A DNA stretch of 64,000 nucleotides, from contig CAMOTA010000003.1 of the NCBI GenBank assembly GCA_946625225.1, positions 205 through 64,204 of the forward strand, in the 5' to 3' direction. The notes beneath the pieces are model-generated. The model made no database searches. It saw only the letters and a list, made by a program, of their open reading frames with translations, and had not been told where the DNA came from. Position numbers and translations under genes: made by a program. This document shows positions 50,327 through 58,909 of the stretch, piece after piece (within the stretch, counting starts at the first letter, position 1; each line of letters starts with the position of its first letter). This DNA is from an uncultured Eggerthellaceae bacterium (GTDB lineage: Bacteria; Actinomycetota; Coriobacteriia; Coriobacteriales; Eggerthellaceae).

Positions 50327-51214
50327 ATGAGCTTTGACGGCATGCCCACGCCGGGACGCAACGACGAATGCTGGTGTGGATCGGGCAAGAAATACAAGAA
50401 GTGCCATTTGGCAAACGACGAGCGCATGGAAGATCTTGCGCTGCAGGGCTTCGAGGTCCTGCCGCGCTCGCTGCTGAAGACGGCGGCCGACATTGCGGGC
50501 ATAAAGCGCAGCGCCGAAGTGAACGTGGGCGCCCTGGACTACGTGGCCGAGCATATCGGTATCGGCACCACGACCGAGGAAATCGACCAATGGGTGCACC
50601 GCTACTGCGGCGAACACGGCGCCGTTCCCGCCGATTTGGACTACGAGGGCTATCCGAAAAGCGTGTGCACCAGCATAAACGAGGTCGTCTGCCATGGCAT
50701 TCCCAGTCCCGACGACGTGCTGAAGAGCGGCGACATCGTGAACGTGGACATGTCCACCATCCGCGACGGCTATTTCTCGGACAGCTCGCGCATGTTCTGC
50801 ATCGGCGAGGTGGACCCCGAATGGCGCCGCCTGGTGGACGTGACGCGCGAATCGGTGCAGGCGGGCCTTGCGGCGGTGAAGCCCTGGGGGTTCCTGGGCG
50901 ACGTGTCGGCGGCCGTGAACAAGGTGGCAACCGACGCCGGCTTTTCGGTGGTGCGCGAATTCGGCGGCCATGGCATCGGCCTGGAATTCCACGAAGACCC
51001 CTGGGTGGGCTTCTGCGAAGAAGCGGGAACGGGCCCCGTGCTCGTGCCCGGCATGTGCTTCACCATCGAGCCCATGGTGAACATGGGCGGCCAGGAAATC
51101 GACATGAACGACCCCAACGGCTGGACCGTGCGCACCGCCGACGGCAAGCCCACGGCCCAATGGGAAGTGCAGCTGGTCGTTACCGAAACCGGCTACGAGC
51201 TGATCAGCTGGTAG
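50327..51214 (+). CDS. map: Type I methionine aminopeptidase with N-terminal SEC-C zinc motif
   Basis: 295 aa. 'RNDECWCGSGKKYKKCH' is the SEC-C motif. M24 motifs are 'VCHGIP', 'GDIVNVD', 'GHGIG', 'EPM', and a C-terminal 'QWE..LVVTETGYELIS'. Confidence 0.9.
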   Translation: MSFDGMPTPGRNDECWCGSGKKYKKCHLANDERMEDLALQGFEVLPRSLLKTAADIAGIKRSAEVNVGALDYVAEHIGIGTTTEEIDQWVHRYCGEHGAVPADLDYEGYPKSVCTSINEVVCHGIPSPDDVLKSGDIVNVDMSTIRDGYFSDSSRMFCIGEVDPEWRRLVDVTRESVQAGLAAVKPWGFLGDVSAAVNKVATDAGFSVVREFGGHGIGLEFHEDPWVGFCEEAGTGPVLVPGMCFTIEPMVNMGGQEIDMNDPNGWTVRTADGKPTAQWEVQLVVTETGYELISW

Positions 51215-51216
51215 CC

Positions 51217-51447
51217 CGTGTCGGGGGGACGTTCCTGTTTGACACACGGCGGGCGCGTGCGTCAGTTACTTTTCACGGGCGGGCCAGCGGCGGGTGCGGG
51301 GAGAGGGGATTCGGGCTTGGCTTCGGCTTTGCCTTAGTATTTATCAGGAATTGTGCCTGCAGAATCGCCCTCACCCCTCTCCCCGCACCCGCCGCTGGCC
51401 CGCCCGTGAAAAGTAACGTGTGTCAAACAGAAACGTCCCCCTGACAC
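51217..51447. repeat. Composite element: inverted REP-like pair (51217-51248 and 51418-51447) flanking long-armed hairpin copy 2 (51265-51417)
   Basis: The hairpin has 44-bp perfectly complementary arms (GTTACTTTTCACGGGCGGGCCAGCGGCGGGTGCGGGGAGAGGGG / reverse complement). Its core is the reverse complement of the cores at 2490-2550 and 55497-55575. Confidence 0.85.
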
Positions 51448-51454
51448 GCTAGCC

Positions 51455-52738
51455 TTAGGCAAGCGATTCGAAGTAGCGCTTGCCGGCGGCGCGGCTGGCT
51501 TGGTCGCGGGCCGCATCTACGCGGTCGTAGTTCTCCATGAGCAGAGCGACTGTATCGGGGCAGATAGCGCCCGCCTTGGCGTCGTCGTTCAGCACGCGGG
51601 CAGCCTGCTCGCGGTCCATTCCGTCGCGATACGGGCGCACCTCGGTAATGGCGGAGAACACGTCGGCCACCGCCATGATGCGATCGCCCTGGTCCAGGTC
51701 GTCAGGCCCGTAGCGGAACGGGTAGCCGTGGCCGTTCAGCTTTTCGTGATGATTGCAGGCCCAGTGGCGAATGTCCTCGAAGCCGTCGATGTTCAGCAGC
51801 ACGAGCGAAGTGTAGTACGGGTGTTCCTTCACGATGTTGAACTCGGCCTCGGTCAGCTTGCCGGGCTTTTCCAGAATTTCGCGAGGCACGGCCAGCTTGC
51901 CCACGTCGTGCAAGTTGCCGGCAATGGCCACCTGCATGGCGCATTCCTCGTCCAAGCCGCACAACAGGGCCAACTGATGGGCCGAAGCTGCAACGCCGGC
52001 GGAATGCATGGCCGTGAAGGGGCTGCGCGAGTCGATAATGCGCGACATGAACCCGGTAAGCCGCAATGCGTCCTGAAGCGACACCGGCGCGATATCGCCC
52101 GTGAAGTATGTCAGAAAGCCCGGATTGTGCGCCAGATCCATCCAGACGTATTCGGCAGCGGAGACTTCCAGGAACGCATCGACCACCTCGGGGCAGAACT
52201 CGGTGCCGCGACATGCTTCGACTGCCTTGCGGATGTCCTTGGCGCGGTTCAGCACGCGCAGGCTGTCGGGGCCTTCGTCGGGACGCGAGCTGCCCACCAT
52301 AAGCGAGACCACATCGGACAGATGCACGATGGACGCTATGCGCCCCAGCCGCTCGCAGGTCTGGCCTTCTGCAATACCGCAGGCCACAGTGTCGGTCCAC
52401 GAGCATTCGCTATAGGCGATAACGCTGGATATGTCCGCGAACCCGGGCAGGTCGCGCAACATGCGCGAACCTTCGCGTGCCACTTCGTGAATGTTGCTTT
52501 CGATTTCGGCAACCGTCTGCGGGGCCTCGGTCATAATAGAGCCGATGTCGTGCAACAGCGCAGAATACAGCGCAAGCACAACCTGGTCTTCGGGCAGGCC
52601 CATCTGCCGCGCAACGAACAGCGACAAATAGGCCGCCTGCTCGTGATGGCGTTCCACTTCCGGGCTGACCAGGTTCATGGCACGTGCCAGACCCAGCATG
52701 AGAGAGCGCATGTTCGTGAAGTTCTTCGCATCGGCCAT
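51455..52738 (-). CDS. HD-GYP domain protein (tandem HD domains; probable c-di-GMP phosphodiesterase)
   Basis: The start is called at 'MADAKNF' with an AGGGGGA RBS; the ORF is open up to 52807. The first HD domain is degenerate ('LLHDIGS'). The second has 'NLHDVGKLAVP', 'HHEKLNGHGYPF' and 'ADVFSAITEVRPYR'. Confidence 0.8.
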   Translation of the reverse strand: MADAKNFTNMRSLMLGLARAMNLVSPEVERHHEQAAYLSLFVARQMGLPEDQVVLALYSALLHDIGSIMTEAPQTVAEIESNIHEVAREGSRMLRDLPGFADISSVIAYSECSWTDTVACGIAEGQTCERLGRIASIVHLSDVVSLMVGSSRPDEGPDSLRVLNRAKDIRKAVEACRGTEFCPEVVDAFLEVSAAEYVWMDLAHNPGFLTYFTGDIAPVSLQDALRLTGFMSRIIDSRSPFTAMHSAGVAASAHQLALLCGLDEECAMQVAIAGNLHDVGKLAVPREILEKPGKLTEAEFNIVKEHPYYTSLVLLNIDGFEDIRHWACNHHEKLNGHGYPFRYGPDDLDQGDRIMAVADVFSAITEVRPYRDGMDREQAARVLNDDAKAGAICPDTVALLMENYDRVDAARDQASRAAGKRYFESLA

Positions 52739-52810
52739 GGCCGTCCCCCTATCTGCCACGTAGTCGAAGACGTGCCCCGCACATGCAGGGCACGTCCCCA
52801 ATTGCAACGA

Positions 52811-55345
52811 TTAAGCGCGAACCTCTGCCTTGGTGGCGGCGCACACCTTCTTCACCAGCTTGGCCTGCGCGCGTTCCACCTCTTCGCCGGTAAGCGTGCG
52901 GTCGGCAGCGCGGTAGGTAAGCGCATAGGCCATCGACTTCTTGCCCGCGCCCAGGCGTTCGGCATCGCGATAGACGTCGAACAGGCGCACGTCGGCCAGC
53001 AGCTTGCCGCCGGCGCTCGTCATGCACTGAACCAGGCGCTCGTTGGTCACGTCTTCGTCCACGACGAAGGCCACGTCCACGTCGACCGGCGGGAATTCGG
53101 GAACATCCACGTAGTCGCGCGCAATGCGGGCCGTCTTGCCGAGGGCGTCCATGTCCAGTTCGAAAGCCACCACCGGCGCCGTGGCCTCGAAGGCATCGAC
53201 CGCCAGGGGGTGAAGCTCGCCCACCCAGCCGAGCTTCGTGCCGCCGCTGTACACGTCGGCCGCACGGCCGGGCTGCAGGAACGGCGCCTCGTCGGCGGGG
53301 ATGGCCTTGAAGCGCAGCTTCGGTATGGCCAGCTCGCGCGCCAGGCTTTCAACCGCGCCCTTGCCGTCGAAGAAATCGAAGGCAGCCGGCGCATTGTTCC
53401 ATGAAGCATCGTCCATGGCGCCCGCCAGCACGGCCGCCACGCGTTCGCGCTCCTTGGGGCTTTTGCGCCCCTCGTGGGCGAAGAACACCACGCCCGACTC
53501 GTATAGCTGCACGTTCTTCACGCCGTGCGCCTGATTGTAGGCAACCGAGCGCAGAAGGCCGGGCACGATGCTCACGCGCATCAGGGACTGTTCGGCGTTC
53601 ATCGGGTTTATAAGCTCCACCGGGTCGCCCGCGATGTTGGCGGCCGGGGCGAACTCGCCCAAGCGCGGCGATGCATCGGCAGCGGCATGCGCACCGGCGG
53701 GAAGGGTTTCCACCAGGCGAAGTTTCACCAGGTCGTCCGGGTCGGTGAACGAATACGTGGTGGTCTCGTTCAGGCCGGCGGCCGTAAGCGTGCGGTTCAC
53801 CTTGCGCGCCAGCAGCTGTGCTTCGGTCAGCGCGCCCACCCGGTCGGGGCTTGCCGGCAGCGTGGGCGGCACCAGGTCCATGCCCCACAGGCGCAGCACT
53901 TCTTCGTACAGGTCTATCTCGCGCTCCAGGTCGGGGCGGCAGGTGGGTGCAAGCACCTGCAGCACCTCGGCGCCTTCGGGCGCATCGTCCACATCGCAGT
54001 CCAGGCGCTCCAGGATGTCCACGATATCGGCCTGCGGCACGTCCACGCCCATCATCTGGCAGAACCGCGGAATGCGGAACTGCAGCTGCACGGGCGCGGT
54101 CGGCGCCGGGTACACGTCCACGATGCCCGGGCACACCGAGCCGCCGGACACCTCCGCCAGCAGCGCAGCGGCAGCCGCCGAATAGTCGGCGATGGGATTG
54201 TCGTCCACGCCGCGCTCGTAGCGCATGGACGATTCGCTGATAAGCCCCAGGTTACGGCTGGTGCGGCTGGTGCGGCCATGCTCGAACGTGGCTGCCTCCA
54301 GCAGGACCGTGGTGGATTCCTCGGTAATCTCGGAATCCAGGCCGCCCATAACGCCGGCCAGCGCCACCGCCCGGTCGGGCGTGGAGATTACGGTCATGTC
54401 GTCGGTCAGCGTGCGCTGTTCGCCATCGAGCGTCGTGAACTGCTCGCCGTCCGCGGCCGCACGCACGATGATATGCGCCTTGCCGTCGCTTCCGACCAGC
54501 TTGTCGTAGTCGAAGGCATGCAGCGGCTGGCCGTACAGGAACAGGATGTAGTTGGTCACGTCCACGACGTTGTTGATGGAACGAGCTCCCGCCGCCGTTA
54601 CGCGCTCGGCCAGCCAAGCGGGGCTCGGGCCGATCTTCACGTTCTTTATAACGCGCGCCGTGTAGCGGGCGCAGCGTGCGGGATCTTCGATTTCAACCGT
54701 GGCCAGGTCCGCCACATTGGGCAGGCTGGCGTCTTCTTCCAGCTCGTACAGGGGAAACGCCACGTCGGAGCGATACATGGCACCCACTTCGCGCGCCATG
54801 CCCACCATGCTCAGGCAGTCGGGGCGGTTCGGCGTTATCTCTAAATCCAGCACCGTGTCGGACATCTGCATGTAGTCCGCAAACGGCACGCCCACGGGCG
54901 CGTCGGGCGGCAGGACGATGATGCCATCGTGGTCGTTGCCCAGCCCCAGCTCGCGTTCGGAGCAGTTCATGCCCATGCTGGTCACGCCGCGCAACTTGGA
55001 TTTCTTGATGGTGAAATCGCCCGGCAGCGTGGCGCCGATGAGCGCCGTTACGATATGGTCCCCGGCATTGAAGTTCTGCGCACCGCACACGATTTGCAGC
55101 GGCTCGGGGTTGCCGTCGGCATCCACGTTGTTGGCGCCGACGTCCACCTTGCACACCCACATATGGTCCGAATCGGGATGCGGCTCCTTTTCCAGCACCT
55201 GCGCGGTAACTATCTTGCCGAAAGAGTCGCCCGTGCGCTCGACCCCCTCCACGCCCGTGCCGGTCAGGTCCAGCCGATCGCAAAACGCCTTCAGGTCGCC
55301 CGGCACGTCCACATACTCGTTCAACCACTTCAAACTAACTTTCAT
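52811..55345 (-). CDS. pheT: Phenylalanine--tRNA ligase beta subunit
   Basis: 'MKVSLKWLNEYVDVPGDLKAF' is a canonical PheT N-terminus (tRNA-binding domain). The B3/4, B5 and FDX-ACB regions are recognisable. The RBS is GGAAAGAGGAAAA. The track ORF has 6 extra upstream codons. Confidence 0.95.
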   Translation of the reverse strand: MKVSLKWLNEYVDVPGDLKAFCDRLDLTGTGVEGVERTGDSFGKIVTAQVLEKEPHPDSDHMWVCKVDVGANNVDADGNPEPLQIVCGAQNFNAGDHIVTALIGATLPGDFTIKKSKLRGVTSMGMNCSERELGLGNDHDGIIVLPPDAPVGVPFADYMQMSDTVLDLEITPNRPDCLSMVGMAREVGAMYRSDVAFPLYELEEDASLPNVADLATVEIEDPARCARYTARVIKNVKIGPSPAWLAERVTAAGARSINNVVDVTNYILFLYGQPLHAFDYDKLVGSDGKAHIIVRAAADGEQFTTLDGEQRTLTDDMTVISTPDRAVALAGVMGGLDSEITEESTTVLLEAATFEHGRTSRTSRNLGLISESSMRYERGVDDNPIADYSAAAAALLAEVSGGSVCPGIVDVYPAPTAPVQLQFRIPRFCQMMGVDVPQADIVDILERLDCDVDDAPEGAEVLQVLAPTCRPDLEREIDLYEEVLRLWGMDLVPPTLPASPDRVGALTEAQLLARKVNRTLTAAGLNETTTYSFTDPDDLVKLRLVETLPAGAHAAADASPRLGEFAPAANIAGDPVELINPMNAEQSLMRVSIVPGLLRSVAYNQAHGVKNVQLYESGVVFFAHEGRKSPKERERVAAVLAGAMDDASWNNAPAAFDFFDGKGAVESLARELAIPKLRFKAIPADEAPFLQPGRAADVYSGGTKLGWVGELHPLAVDAFEATAPVVAFELDMDALGKTARIARDYVDVPEFPPVDVDVAFVVDEDVTNERLVQCMTSAGGKLLADVRLFDVYRDAERLGAGKKSMAYALTYRAADRTLTGEEVERAQAKLVKKVCAATKAEVRA

Positions 55346-55440
55346 ATTTTCCTCTTTCCACACACGTGCCTGCCTGAAGCACCTGCAGCCACGTCAGCGT
55401 CTCCTTCAGCGCCCCTTTTTTTGCGGTTACGATAACGGAG

Positions 55441-55627
55441 CTTTGGGTTCAGGGGTCTGCCGCTTCCCATGGCCGGTCGGAGCCGGGGGCGGGAAGAGGG
55501 GTGAGGGCGATTCTGCAGGCACAAATCCTGAAAAATCCTAAAGCAAAGCCGAAGCCAAGCCCGAATCCCCTCTTCCCGCCCCCGGCTCCGACCGGCCATG
55601 GGAAGCGGCAGACCCCTGAACCCAAAG
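55441..55627. repeat. Long-armed hairpin repeat, copy 3 (187 bp, 61-bp perfect arms) in the pheS-pheT spacer
   Basis: The left arm CTTTGGGTTCAGGGGTCTGCCGCTTCCCATGGCCGGTCGGAGCCGGGGGCGGGAAGAGGGG is the exact reverse complement of 55567-55627. It carries the conserved core of the family. Confidence 0.9.
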
Positions 55628-55636
55628 CGGCCGAAC

Positions 55637-56698
55637 CTAGAACTGCCGCAAGAACCTCATGTCGCCCTGCAGGAGCAAGCGCAAGTCCGGCACGTTGTAC
55701 TTCAGGCAGGCCACGCGTTCCACCCCCACCCCGAAGGCGAAGCCCGAATACACTTCGGGATCGATGCCGCTCATCTGAAGCACGTTGGGATCGACCATGC
55801 CGCAGCCCAGGATTTCCAGCCAGCCAGTGCCCTTGCACATGCGGCAACCTTCGCCGTGGCACACGCCGCAGCTTACGTCCACCTCGGCCGATGGCTCGGT
55901 GAAGGGGAAGTAGTGGGCGCGGAAGCGGGTCTTGCGCTCGGGGCCGAACACGGCCTTGCAGAAATAGTCGAGCGTGCCCTTCAGGTCGCCGAAGGTTATG
56001 CCCTTGTCCACGACCAGCCCTTCTATCTGGGTGAACTGCGGCAAATGGCTGGGATCGGCAATGTCGCGCCGATACACCTTGCCGGGCGCCACCACATAGA
56101 TGGGCAGCTCCTGGTCTTCCATGCAATGCACCTGCACGCCGCTGGTCTGCGTGCGCAGCAGCACGTCGGATTCGCCGCGCACGGCCGCTTCGTCGCCCGA
56201 ACGGTCCACCACGTAGAAGGTGTCCTGCATGGAACGGCTCGGGTGGTCGGCCGGCGCGTTCAGGGCCGTGAAGTTGTAGTAGTCGGTTTCCACCTCCGGA
56301 CCGGTGGCCACGGTATAGCCCAAGCCGAGGAAGACGTCGCACACCTCTTCGCACACGCGGTTTATAAGATGACGCGTGCCCAGCTGCTGCACGCGGCCCG
56401 GCAGCGTAACATCAACGGCCGCGGCATCGATGCTAGCGGCAAGCTCTGCGGCGGCAAGCTCCTGCTTGCGCGCATCCAGCGCCTCTTCCACGACCTTGCG
56501 CGCCTCGTTCACGGCCTTGCCCACTTCGGCGCGCTCTTCCTTGGGCACTTTGCCCATATTGCGCAGGTACGCGGTAAGCGTGCCCGACTTGCCCACAACG
56601 CGCACGCGCACTTCGTCGAGCGCGGCGGTGTCGATCGCCTGCCCGATAGCGCCAAGCGTTTCCTCGCGCAGGGCCTCGAGTTCTTCAACGATTGCCAT
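55637..56698 (-). CDS. pheS: Phenylalanine--tRNA ligase alpha subunit
   Basis: 353 aa from 'MAIVEELEALREE...'. Class II aaRS motifs are 'FRAHYFPFTEPSAEVD' and 'GCGMVDPNVL...GFAFGVGVERV'. An alternative start is at 56719. Confidence 0.95.
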   Translation of the reverse strand: MAIVEELEALREETLGAIGQAIDTAALDEVRVRVVGKSGTLTAYLRNMGKVPKEERAEVGKAVNEARKVVEEALDARKQELAAAELAASIDAAAVDVTLPGRVQQLGTRHLINRVCEEVCDVFLGLGYTVATGPEVETDYYNFTALNAPADHPSRSMQDTFYVVDRSGDEAAVRGESDVLLRTQTSGVQVHCMEDQELPIYVVAPGKVYRRDIADPSHLPQFTQIEGLVVDKGITFGDLKGTLDYFCKAVFGPERKTRFRAHYFPFTEPSAEVDVSCGVCHGEGCRMCKGTGWLEILGCGMVDPNVLQMSGIDPEVYSGFAFGVGVERVACLKYNVPDLRLLLQGDMRFLRQF

Positions 56699-56894
56699 AG
56701 TCAGCCTTTCGACGTGCATTTTTCACACAAACGGTCAGTATAGCCTTTTGCCATCTGCACAAATGCCCGAAACGCAGGTAAAACTCGTTTTACATATTTC
56801 ACAACCCGTCGCGGACCCGGCAGTTGGCGGGCCATGGCCGACGGCGCGCTTTCCCGTTTCCTTTCCACGGGCGCCCTTGCGGCCGAATACAACA

Positions 56895-56925
56895 GCATCG
56901 CCGAAGAAACGACCTTCGGCGATGC
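56895..56925 (-). terminator. Rho-independent terminator after coaE
   Basis: 12-bp perfect stem GCATCGCCGAAG / CTTCGGCGATGC with a 7-nt loop. On the minus strand it is followed by TGTTGTATT. Confidence 0.65.
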
Positions 56926-56962
56926 TGAAATCCCCCGTACGGGAATGTGAGGCGCAACCCGG

Positions 56963-57562
56963 CTATTCCACGCCGATGTATTCGTTCCACCAGGAAATTA
57001 CCTTGTTGTACAGCTCTTCCTTGGTGCCGTCGTTGTTGAAGACCACGTCGGCCTGCTCGATGCGTTCGGCATCGGTAATCTGCTGGGCAATGCGGCGACG
57101 CACATCGGCTTCCTCCCAACCCGCTGCAACGGCGCGTTCGATGCGCATCTCGAGCGGCGCGAGCACGGCGATGATAACGTCTGCCATGTAAGCGAACGAG
57201 TTGTGGCGGCTCTTGAAGATGGAGTACTCCACGACGACGGCCGGACAGCCCGAAGCTTCCAGCTCGTCCAGCCTGGTGGTGAAGGCATCCTCGATGCGCG
57301 GCAGCGTAATGCGGTTCAGCTTGCGCGTTTCTGCGGGGCTGACGAACGCCTTGCGGGCAAGCGCGGGGCGGTCGACTTCCCCCTGGTCGTCCAGCACGTC
57401 GGGGCCGAACGTGGCCACCAGGTCGTCTTTCACCACCTGCCAGCGGTGAATCTCGTGGCCGATCTTGTCCAGATCGATGTACTCCAGTCCCTGATCGACG
57501 AGCGCCTTGCGCGCAGTCGATTTGCCAGCGCCCATTCCGCCGATGACAAAAATCTTGTCCAT
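56963..57562 (-). CDS. coaE: Dephospho-CoA kinase
   Basis: 199 aa from the internal ATG 'MDKIFVIGGMGAGKSTARKAL' (P-loop). The length and C-terminal region are typical of CoaE. The track ORF start at 57715 is an upstream extension. Confidence 0.85.
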   Translation of the reverse strand: MDKIFVIGGMGAGKSTARKALVDQGLEYIDLDKIGHEIHRWQVVKDDLVATFGPDVLDDQGEVDRPALARKAFVSPAETRKLNRITLPRIEDAFTTRLDELEASGCPAVVVEYSIFKSRHNSFAYMADVIIAVLAPLEMRIERAVAAGWEEADVRRRIAQQITDAERIEQADVVFNNDGTKEELYNKVISWWNEYIGVE

Positions 57563-57720
57563 GCCAATCCCCTGTTCCCGCACATGCAACGTGCCGTTTT
57601 CCGATAAGCCCATAATACACGCATTTCTTACGCAGCCGCACATCGTTTTGGATGCGAAGGGGAACGGCTCGTCGACTGGCTGCTTTTCACGGCAGGCCCC
57701 ATTCATCCCCCGCACTTTGC

Positions 57721-57817
57721 GTGTGTGTCAGGGGGACGTTTCTCTTGACACACTGAGGTGCTATATCGTCCCTCGCCAGCATGTCGACGTGTCAAGAGAA
57801 ACGTCCCCCTGACACAC
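57721..57817. repeat. Inverted pair of REP-like elements (MITE-like, ~97 bp)
   Basis: GTGTGTGTCAGGGGGACGTTTCTCTTGACACAC ...34 nt... GTGTCAAGAGAAACGTCCCCCTGACACAC. Confidence 0.9.
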
Positions 57818-57872
57818 GGCAATGTGCTACATTGCCTACGGATACTGGAGAATTCTCGAAATGGGGTGAATC

Positions 57873-58736
57873 ATGGCTGAAGAACAGGCTCTTCCGTTCG
57901 AATCGTTTTCGTTCACGCTGCTCGAAGAGAAACGGCCGCGCATAGCATTGCGCATGAAGGCCGCAGACGGTGGCAAGCTGTACGAGCTGCGCGTGGAAAA
58001 GGGGCCGGCGTCGAACGCCACGGCCTTGTTTTCGCGAAAAGTCCCCACGGAAGTGGCGCAGCGGTTCAAAGACTCGTTGCAGGACGCCGGCGTGTTCGGC
58101 TGGGAGGAGTCGTACGACGACGATGCATCTCGGGGCATGCGGCGCTGGACGCTGAACCTGGTGTTCAAGGAAGGCGTGTTCTCGCTTGCATCGCGCGGCG
58201 GCAGCAACGTTCCGCTGGGCTTCGATCGCTTGCTGGACGAGCTGTACCGGCTGGACTTCCCGCGGCCGGGCAAGGGCACGCAGGGCGCGGGTGGAGCGGG
58301 CGCGGGCGCGCAGCGACTGGCGGGCGGCGACGCCGGGCTCGGCAACAGCCTGAACGCACTCGGGCTGGGAGGCATGGGAAGCATCAACGGCATGACCGCC
58401 GGCGACCTGGGGGCATACTCGGCTACGGGCGGAGCATCGGGGCTGCTCGGCGCGCTCGGGCAGAAGGGGCGCGCGGGTGCAGGCGGATCGGGGCCCGGCG
58501 GCATGCCCGGTGGCTTCGATTTCTCGCAGCTTGCAGACGCGCTGAATTCCGGCGCGCTGGAAGGCAACCTGGAATCGATGATGCAGGACCTGCAGCGCAA
58601 TCCCCAAGCGTTGCAGCAGCGCATGCGCGAAGAGTTCCGCCAACTTCCCCCCGACGAGCAGGAGCGCATGCTGGACGCCCTGGCGGCCACCGGCATGGCC
58701 TCGCGCGCCTGGTGGGAGCGCTTCCTGAAAGAATAG
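57873..58736 (+). CDS. Hypothetical protein with Gly-rich central linker
   Basis: 287 aa. The N-terminal (~130 aa) and C-terminal (~70 aa) parts have balanced, protein-like composition. It is preferred over two Arg/Ala/Pro-rich antisense ORFs. A GGGGTG RBS lies upstream. I recognise no family. Confidence 0.55.
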   Translation: MAEEQALPFESFSFTLLEEKRPRIALRMKAADGGKLYELRVEKGPASNATALFSRKVPTEVAQRFKDSLQDAGVFGWEESYDDDASRGMRRWTLNLVFKEGVFSLASRGGSNVPLGFDRLLDELYRLDFPRPGKGTQGAGGAGAGAQRLAGGDAGLGNSLNALGLGGMGSINGMTAGDLGAYSATGGASGLLGALGQKGRAGAGGSGPGGMPGGFDFSQLADALNSGALEGNLESMMQDLQRNPQALQQRMREEFRQLPPDEQERMLDALAATGMASRAWWERFLKE

Positions 58737-58909
58737 AGAGGGCTGCATCGAAAGCAGGGTTGCAGACGCCTGTGCCGAGCTTTTCACGCACCGCGTTCGG
58801 GGCATCCGGAGCATGCGATGCATGCATGGCCAGCTGGCCCGCCCAACTGGCCTGTCAAGTAGGCAAAACCCGCATATCGGCCCTGCTGTACTTTCGACGC
58901 GGCCCCAAG

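Noticed and set aside
56720-56962. T-box or attenuator leader upstream of pheS
   Set aside because: The prominent hairpin (56895-56925) sits right after the coaE stop and is followed by a U-rich tract on the minus strand, so it fits a coaE terminator. I could not find a specifier loop, a T-box consensus, or a Phe-rich leader peptide.
57792-58823. 343-aa and 286-aa minus-strand ORFs overlapping 57873..58736
   Set aside because: Their composition is Arg/Ala/Pro/Ser-rich and low-complexity, and one starts inside the REP pair. The plus-strand ORF has balanced composition and an RBS. The call is still only moderate confidence.
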